NCBI GenBank assembly: GCA_001600695.1
Contig: BCKQ01000005.1
Coordinates: 328,732 to 392,731, forward strand
Direction of reading: 5' to 3'
DNA length: 64,000 nt
Source of the DNA: Ascoidea asiatica JCM 7603
Lineage: Eukaryota; Fungi; Ascomycota
Made by a program: the position numbers and the translations under genes. Below, one piece after another: positions 58,174 to 64,000 of this stretch; the stretch's first letter is position 1; every line of letters begins with the position of its first letter. The notes beneath the pieces were generated by a model that worked only from the letters and a program-made list of their open reading frames with translations, searched no databases and had not been told where the DNA came from.

Positions 58174-59519
58174 TTTAAGATATGGTTGAAAAAATTATTC
58201 AATAATTGAAAATTAAAATTGGAAAGAAGAAATAAGAAATAAGAAAAGAAATAGGAAATGAAATCTTGATTTATAAATTTTAAAATATAATATTTAAGTT
58301 ATAACCTATAATTTACAATTTACAATTTACAATTTTTAATTTATAATTTAGCTTATAAATTAAGAGGTAATTTTTGTGAAATGTTTTAAAAAAGATATTT
58401 TAGATTGACTCTAGAAATAATATACCAAAAGAATAAATAATATTAGATTAGAGTGATTTGATTATTATATCGATGTAGATAGATTTGAAAAACTTTAGTG
58501 ATAAATAGAATAGAAAACAGTAAAAGTGTCTTTTAAAGAAGATCAGGCGCTGAAAGAAATATGAAGTTTTGAAATAACTTGATATGAAGGATGAGATATT
58601 TTGAAGAATGAAGATGAATATCAGTGAGTAACGTAATACAAAAGTTGATATATCTGAGTTGGACAATGTACTATTCAGAAAATAAGAATACTCAAATGAA
58701 GTATTTAAAGATATGTAATTTTAATACTGGAATACTTGAATATAAAGTCTGAATATATAAATAATTTTATATTGATCAATTTACCATTGATATCTATTAG
58801 TAGCAGTAGTACCGTTGGATACTAGAGACAGTTGATGAATTGCTTACTTAACATACAGTACTGTAGCTGGTGTGCCGGTTCAGTATGTGCAGAACACTCT
58901 CTAACGGTGTGAAGCTCTGGTTCTGTTATAAAGCGCAATTTGGAATTGGTAACGTTGAAGAGTATGTGATAGAGTATGTGAAAGAGTATGTAATACAGTA
59001 TGTAATAAAGTATTCTATTTTGTTACTCGTCACTCTTTACTTCTTACTCGTTAATTAACTCTGTTGCAAAACAGCTATATTTTCTTTTTCTTTTATTGCT
59101 TTTTCTTAAAAATAAGAGAAGCATTGATTAAGCATTTGAACTTCTTCGTATTAATTTTGCAGTTGAGGCTAAGGTTTTTCAAATTTTACACAATTCGGTT
59201 CGTTACCCAGCTTTAAAGCTAAATCTAGCTACTAAGTTGTAAAGCGAGATGCAAAACTAAATCTAGCTTCGATGAAAAAAAATTTTGAGCGCTACACTTT
59301 TTATTAGTGTTAATTATTTTGTAATCTATTCCTATTTCTAAATTCAAGGCCAGGAATTTGGCTACTGATAGCCAGCTGTCCTATAATATATTTTCTAATG
59401 GATACTACAGATACACTTCATTAATTCAAATTTATTTTGTTTTCCACAAAGTTACAATAATCTTTTTTCACTCTTTTGATATTGTTTCACTTTTGTTTTC
59501 ACTACCTTTTTCCATACTA

Positions 59520-59995
59520 CAATATCCAACAAATTCCATTAAAGGAACAGAACTTGACCTTCCTTGGCTCAACACTAGACCTTTTTTGGATACGAGTAAC
59601 ATTTATTCCTTTGTGAGTTTGATAGTGTTACGTACCACAGTAGTTACCACTATAAGTTACAGTTACCGCTTGCAAACAACAATCTAAATTAGGACGGCTG
59701 TCCTGCCGCACCAGAATATGGACCCTGTTTCACGAGTCCAAAGCCTCGATTCCTATGTTAGATCCCCTACACATCCACAGACTTGGCAGAAATTTGACAT
59801 CTGCTCATATTTAACAAAGGCCTCATGACAGAGGACGTCAGGGTTACACAACAGGAAAGGTGTATGGATGAATTTTTCACTCGCCACAAATGACTCATTA
59901 GTAACAGCTGTTCCTGCATCAACCCAACAATTATCACAGAAAGTTTTTGGTTCTTATTTATGCGGTTCAAGCATGTTACCACACCTAAATGAATT
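59520..59995 (-). ncRNA. Candidate unannotated structured ncRNA (family unassigned)
   Basis: GC-enriched, no credible ORF, several complementary segments whose G-U pairs form on the minus strand (see findings). Confidence 0.3.
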
Positions 59996-60238
59996 ATTCA
60001 TACTTAGTGTTTTAAATTTTCCTAATCTAACCTAAAAAAGTTAGAATTGAGAGCCCAATTTTCAAAAAGTTACAAAAAGTTAGGAAATAAATATTAAGTG
60101 TAGTCACGTGATTTTAGCCTATTATCTGTACTTGTAGAAAAGTTCTAAAATAAAGAACATTAAAACTAAGCTTTAAAATCAATTTATTATACAATCAGGT
60201 GATTTATAGTTAGGTAGTTAAGATAGGTATTTTGAGAC

Positions 60239-60275
60239 TTTAAAAGTTAGGTTAGGACCTAACCTAACTTTTAAA
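60239..60275. repeat. Perfect 37-bp palindrome of telomere-like TTAGG units
   Basis: TTTAAAAGTTAGGTTAGG-A-CCTAACCTAACTTTTAAA (18-bp arms, 1-nt centre). Confidence 0.95.
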
Positions 60276-60339
60276 CACTATTCATACTGTCGGTGATTAT
60301 TATATATTTAATTAAATACAAAAATAAATTCAAAAGAAT

Positions 60340-63300
60340 TTATTTAAATTTATCTAACTCTTCTAAAGTATTTTGAATATCTATCTGACATTTTTCTCTC
60401 ATATAGAAAATAGAACAATCATTATTTGAACAAATCACTTCGTGTGTTAATGATCCTTGACATCTTTGACATTGTGTCCATAATCTTGAGAATTTTGTTT
60501 CTAATGAATTTAGTTCTGCTATTTGTTCTGCAAATATCTGATCTCCTTTATCTTCACAATTATTGCATAACGCTCCTTCACATGGGGTTTTACATATTTT
60601 ACATGTATTAACCTTTTTAGCAAATTTCATTAACCCTCCTAATCCTCCATTTCCACCATTTTTATTACTACTAATATTATTATTATTATTATCAACAGTA
60701 CTCCCTCTACTTCCACCTCTACCCATTATTACCTTTCTAGTATGCGCTCCTGTTAAAAGTTGTTTAGCTTTATTTTCTCCTAAAATTGGTTCAAAAATCC
60801 TCATTAGTGGTTTAGCTAATTGTTGTTGTAAATAATATGTTGAATCAATCGCAAGTCCATTTTTTAAAACATACAATGGATCTTCCGATTTCTCAAATGC
60901 TTTAGTTGATGAATTTCGAATTATAACATATGCAACTCTATCGCCAACTGATGGTGCTGATCCTGGATCTCTTTCTCTCATTCTTTTAGCCAATTCAGCA
61001 TGGGCTTGTTTACCGGCATATTCTGCACCAAGACTTTTTGATATAACTAATTCGGATAAATCAATTTTATTTTGTAATAAATCTGCAATTACTTTTTTAA
61101 CAAAATCTTCTGCCCCATTAACATCTCTTTTAACTAAAATTAATTCTAAAATTTTTGTCATAACATTGGCAACTAATTTACAATTATCTCTTCTAACCGT
61201 TTCAATACCTTTGGTATCAATTTTATCATATTTCTCACAATTTGTCCAATATAATCCTGCATATCTTTTCTTATTGATTAATAAATAAGGATAATAAACT
61301 TTTTCAAATTCAAGTTTAACCGGAGCTTTGAATAATTTCTTTGTAACTAAATTTGCTGCTTCTTCTCCTAATTCCATACATTTTTTTAAATCTTCATATC
61401 CAAATTTAACCATAACTGAATCAGTATCCCCATAAACAACTTCGGCATCATATTTGAATCCATTTTTTTTACAATAATGTTTTTCAACTTCATTTTTTGT
61501 TGCTTCAATCATCATTCTACCAAATGCTGTAATACTTGATGATATTGCTAAACATGGTAATTTTCCATTGGTTGCCCCCGTAACCCCATAAACAGAATTT
61601 GCTGAAATTTTAAGTGCTAATTGTCTACCATTTAAAACATCTTTTTTGAAAACATCTTTTTCTTCTTTTAAATCACTTTTAGCTTTTTTACGTGCTCCTA
61701 ATAATTCTTCTAAAATTGTTGGTAAAATTCCTTTTTTTAAATGGCTTTTAATAAAACATTCTCCTATTGGAGTTTTTGTATAATCTTTACCTTCAATAAG
61801 TTTTAATCTTTGTATAGTTTGCTGACTTAATAATGTTGTATAACATAGATTATGTGCAATAATAATTGAAGGATAAAGTGATGCAAAATCTAACGTTGCG
61901 ATTGGTATTTCATGAAATCCTCTAACAGGTTCAATAACAGTTGCACCTTCATATGGCTCATCACCACCACCACCTGATGTAAAATTTGGTATTACTATAT
62001 CATGTTCTAATGATTTTCGAAATAATTGAGATAAAACTTTAATTTGTTGCCCTCTTGAAAGTAAAAATGAAAATGGAACACCTGTAACTCTTGCCATTTC
62101 AGTATAATTGACAAGACACATCATTTTATGTAATAATCTCATTGGTAAAAACGCATCTTTTAAACAATATACTGCTAATCTTCTTCTTGTTTCTGGATCT
62201 CCATTTTGAAGATCAGTTATAATAGTATGATGAACATCTTCTTTTTGTTCCCCAAGATATAGAGCAGAAACATTATTTAATTTATAGGATCTCATTTTAA
62301 CTTCTCTTACAAAATATTGATAAAGATCAAACTGTATTCTTCCATCAATAATAGTTATTTTATTTTCTTTCGTACCATAGGCTCTTGACGAAAACGTCGA
62401 ACTCTTCGCTTCTTGTTTAATATTTTTCATTCTCCCAAAATATGGAAAGTCTGTTACTCCTAAAGCTTGAGCTCTATCTAAAAGATATGGAATATCAAAA
62501 TTTTGAGTATTATAACCGATTATAATATCAGGATCAATTTGAACAACAAAATCTTTCCATGCTCTTAACATTTGAGGCTCTGTTGTATTAGAAATTACAT
62601 CACATCCAACTATAGGAGAGCAAGTATTAAGAGTAAAAACAACATTTTTGAAAGGAGCAGGCTCACCAAATCTTTGAACAACATTTGCAATCTGAATAAC
62701 CGAATCGTTTTTGGCATCAGGAAAATGACCTTTTCTACTCGAGCACTCAATATCAAAGGATAATATTCTTAATGTTGGAATTGTTGACCACTGTCCTTCA
62801 GATGGATGACTTATTAAATCTTTATAATGAATGCTGCATTCAATTTGACAGTTTGATAATTTAGATCGCTCGTTAGTAAGAACATTATACTTTGCTTTTG
62901 GCAATGTTAACCAACTGACTCCAGTTATTCGACAATCAATCATCATTCTCAACGTATAAGCAATATTATCATATGTCATAATGGTACCGGATTTAAAAAA
63001 CTCTTGAAATTGAATTTGACCTCTTTCAAAAGCAGATCTAACTTTTCCAATACTTTTTGCGTGCGAAACAACAATTTTTAAAAAAGAAGATTTCTCATTA
63101 TTATTATAACCCCAGATTGATTCTTTTGAAACAATTTCAATCTGACACACATTATCAAAGCCATTATTACGAAAATATTCTAGGAAAGTTTTAATATGAG
63201 ATTTAGTAAATGTCATTGAAACAGGAACATAAAAATAATGGAGAAAGCCAGTAACATTACACATAATACTATTTCCTTTATCAGTAACACCAAAGAAACG

Positions 63301-63489
63301 AACGCATGAAGACCCAGCAAAGTTACTCTCTTCAGCATCCAATTGTATAAAGTTAATATCATCTGAGCTTGGATCTAAATCTAATGCTGGTCGACTAGTG
63401 TTTCTATTGATTGCCTGATTTAATTTTACATTTTGAGTTAATGAAAGCAATTCATCTTCGAATTTGGATTTCTGAGAACTTCTGAACAT
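60340..63489 (-). CDS. POL3: DNA polymerase delta catalytic subunit
   Basis: Exo motifs SFDIEC / GYN..NFD / YCLKDA, LDFASLYPS, KISANSVYG, YGDTDS, KGIETVRRD, CysA/CysB motifs. Confidence 0.98.
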   Translation of the reverse strand: MFRSSQKSKFEDELLSLTQNVKLNQAINRNTSRPALDLDPSSDDINFIQLDAEESNFAGSSCVRFFGVTDKGNSIMCNVTGFLHYFYVPVSMTFTKSHIKTFLEYFRNNGFDNVCQIEIVSKESIWGYNNNEKSSFLKIVVSHAKSIGKVRSAFERGQIQFQEFFKSGTIMTYDNIAYTLRMMIDCRITGVSWLTLPKAKYNVLTNERSKLSNCQIECSIHYKDLISHPSEGQWSTIPTLRILSFDIECSSRKGHFPDAKNDSVIQIANVVQRFGEPAPFKNVVFTLNTCSPIVGCDVISNTTEPQMLRAWKDFVVQIDPDIIIGYNTQNFDIPYLLDRAQALGVTDFPYFGRMKNIKQEAKSSTFSSRAYGTKENKITIIDGRIQFDLYQYFVREVKMRSYKLNNVSALYLGEQKEDVHHTIITDLQNGDPETRRRLAVYCLKDAFLPMRLLHKMMCLVNYTEMARVTGVPFSFLLSRGQQIKVLSQLFRKSLEHDIVIPNFTSGGGGDEPYEGATVIEPVRGFHEIPIATLDFASLYPSIIIAHNLCYTTLLSQQTIQRLKLIEGKDYTKTPIGECFIKSHLKKGILPTILEELLGARKKAKSDLKEEKDVFKKDVLNGRQLALKISANSVYGVTGATNGKLPCLAISSSITAFGRMMIEATKNEVEKHYCKKNGFKYDAEVVYGDTDSVMVKFGYEDLKKCMELGEEAANLVTKKLFKAPVKLEFEKVYYPYLLINKKRYAGLYWTNCEKYDKIDTKGIETVRRDNCKLVANVMTKILELILVKRDVNGAEDFVKKVIADLLQNKIDLSELVISKSLGAEYAGKQAHAELAKRMRERDPGSAPSVGDRVAYVIIRNSSTKAFEKSEDPLYVLKNGLAIDSTYYLQQQLAKPLMRIFEPILGENKAKQLLTGAHTRKVIMGRGGSRGSTVDNNNNNISSNKNGGNGGLGGLMKFAKKVNTCKICKTPCEGALCNNCEDKGDQIFAEQIAELNSLETKFSRLWTQCQRCQGSLTHEVICSNNDCSIFYMREKCQIDIQNTLEELDKFK

Positions 63490-63608
63490 TTCTATAGCTA
63501 AATTATGATTTTTATAGAAAATATATCGATTTTAAATATTTATTTCTGATTTGTTCAAATTTATTTTTAAATTTAAATTATTTCAGAAGGTAAATTATTT
63601 ATTCTCAG

Positions 63609-63631
63609 ACGCGTTGATTATTAATTCGCGT
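63609..63631. promoter_or_regulatory. MCB elements upstream of POL3
   Basis: ACGCGT at 63609-63614 and TTCGCGT at 63625-63631, 120-140 bp upstream of the POL3 ATG, as expected for an MBF-regulated replication gene. Confidence 0.75.
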
Positions 63632-63880
63632 AAGATTATTTGAAAAGAATAAATTATAGAACTGCAAGAGTACCAGTGGTTTGGACTCGTATCAACTCAC
63701 TTTGAAAAACTGAAGCTCGCTGGGTGATACATTATAAACTTTCAAAATTTTTAACGTTTATTAAAAAATAAAAAATTAACATTACTAAGTGAAAGTTGAA
63801 GATTTCATTCGTTTTATTTTATTGAAATTAAAATCAGTATTTGATCTAACAGAAAAACATTAGATATTACCCAAAGGAAA

Positions 63881-64000
63881 ATGGGATTTTCATTCAAATT
63901 TAGCGATGATGAACTTGAGGAAGATATACTTTTGGATTTACGCAATAATCAAAAAAAATCTGGTTTTTCCTCAGCGTATAAAAATGAAAACCCTTTAGAC
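63881..64000 (+). CDS. HPM1: 5' end of a probable histidine protein methyltransferase (Hpm1/Mni1), truncated by the window end
   Basis: MGFSFKFSDDELEED resembles the Hpm1 N-terminus (MSFSFGF...DDDE); frame open to the window end. Confidence 0.5.
   Translation, partial: MGFSFKFSDDELEEDILLDLRNNQKKSGFSSAYKNENPLD

Noticed and set aside
59730-59770. Minus-strand GGATCTAACATAGGAATCG resembles the yeast U3 5' region
   Set aside because: Box A (GAUCAUUUCUAUAG) is not matched and boxes C', B, C and D are not found.
60103-60300. Point centromere (CDEI GTCACGTG plus AT-rich tract)
   Set aside because: No CDEIII-like TTCCGAA element at a suitable distance; Cbf1-type sites are common in promoters throughout this window.

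Overview
Eukaryotic nuclear DNA from a very AT-rich budding yeast (Saccharomycotina). The Asn/Gln-rich proteins and composition suggest an Ascoidea-like lineage, but that is an inference. About 24 protein-coding genes: an unidentified ORF truncated at the left edge, EMI1, a membrane-anchored hypothetical, FLO8, GLE2, a CLC family channel/transporter, MOB1 (one intron), NRM1, two ART10-like arrestins, a conserved hypothetical, a divergent velvet-domain protein, L-2-hydroxyglutarate dehydrogenase, a Gfo/Idh/MocA oxidoreductase, PGK1, COG5, KAP123, GPI10, MSS2, KIN28, SWI4, BOI1/2, POL3 and the start of HPM1. Non-coding elements include a 418-bp solo LTR with a 4-bp target duplication. No tRNA, rRNA or CRISPR was found. 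Most interesting: (1) a six-copy, 28-29-bp-period array of a bipartite motif I do not recognise, GAGACCA-N6-TGGTACTC, upstream of PGK1, which recurs singly in other promoters; (2) a velvet-like regulator in a budding yeast; (3) an unannotated, apparently structured ~480-nt non-coding locus with a Rap1/telomere-like core beside a perfect TTAGG palindrome, a candidate ncRNA and possibly telomerase RNA; (4) local C/G strand-skew flips that do not follow gene orientation.
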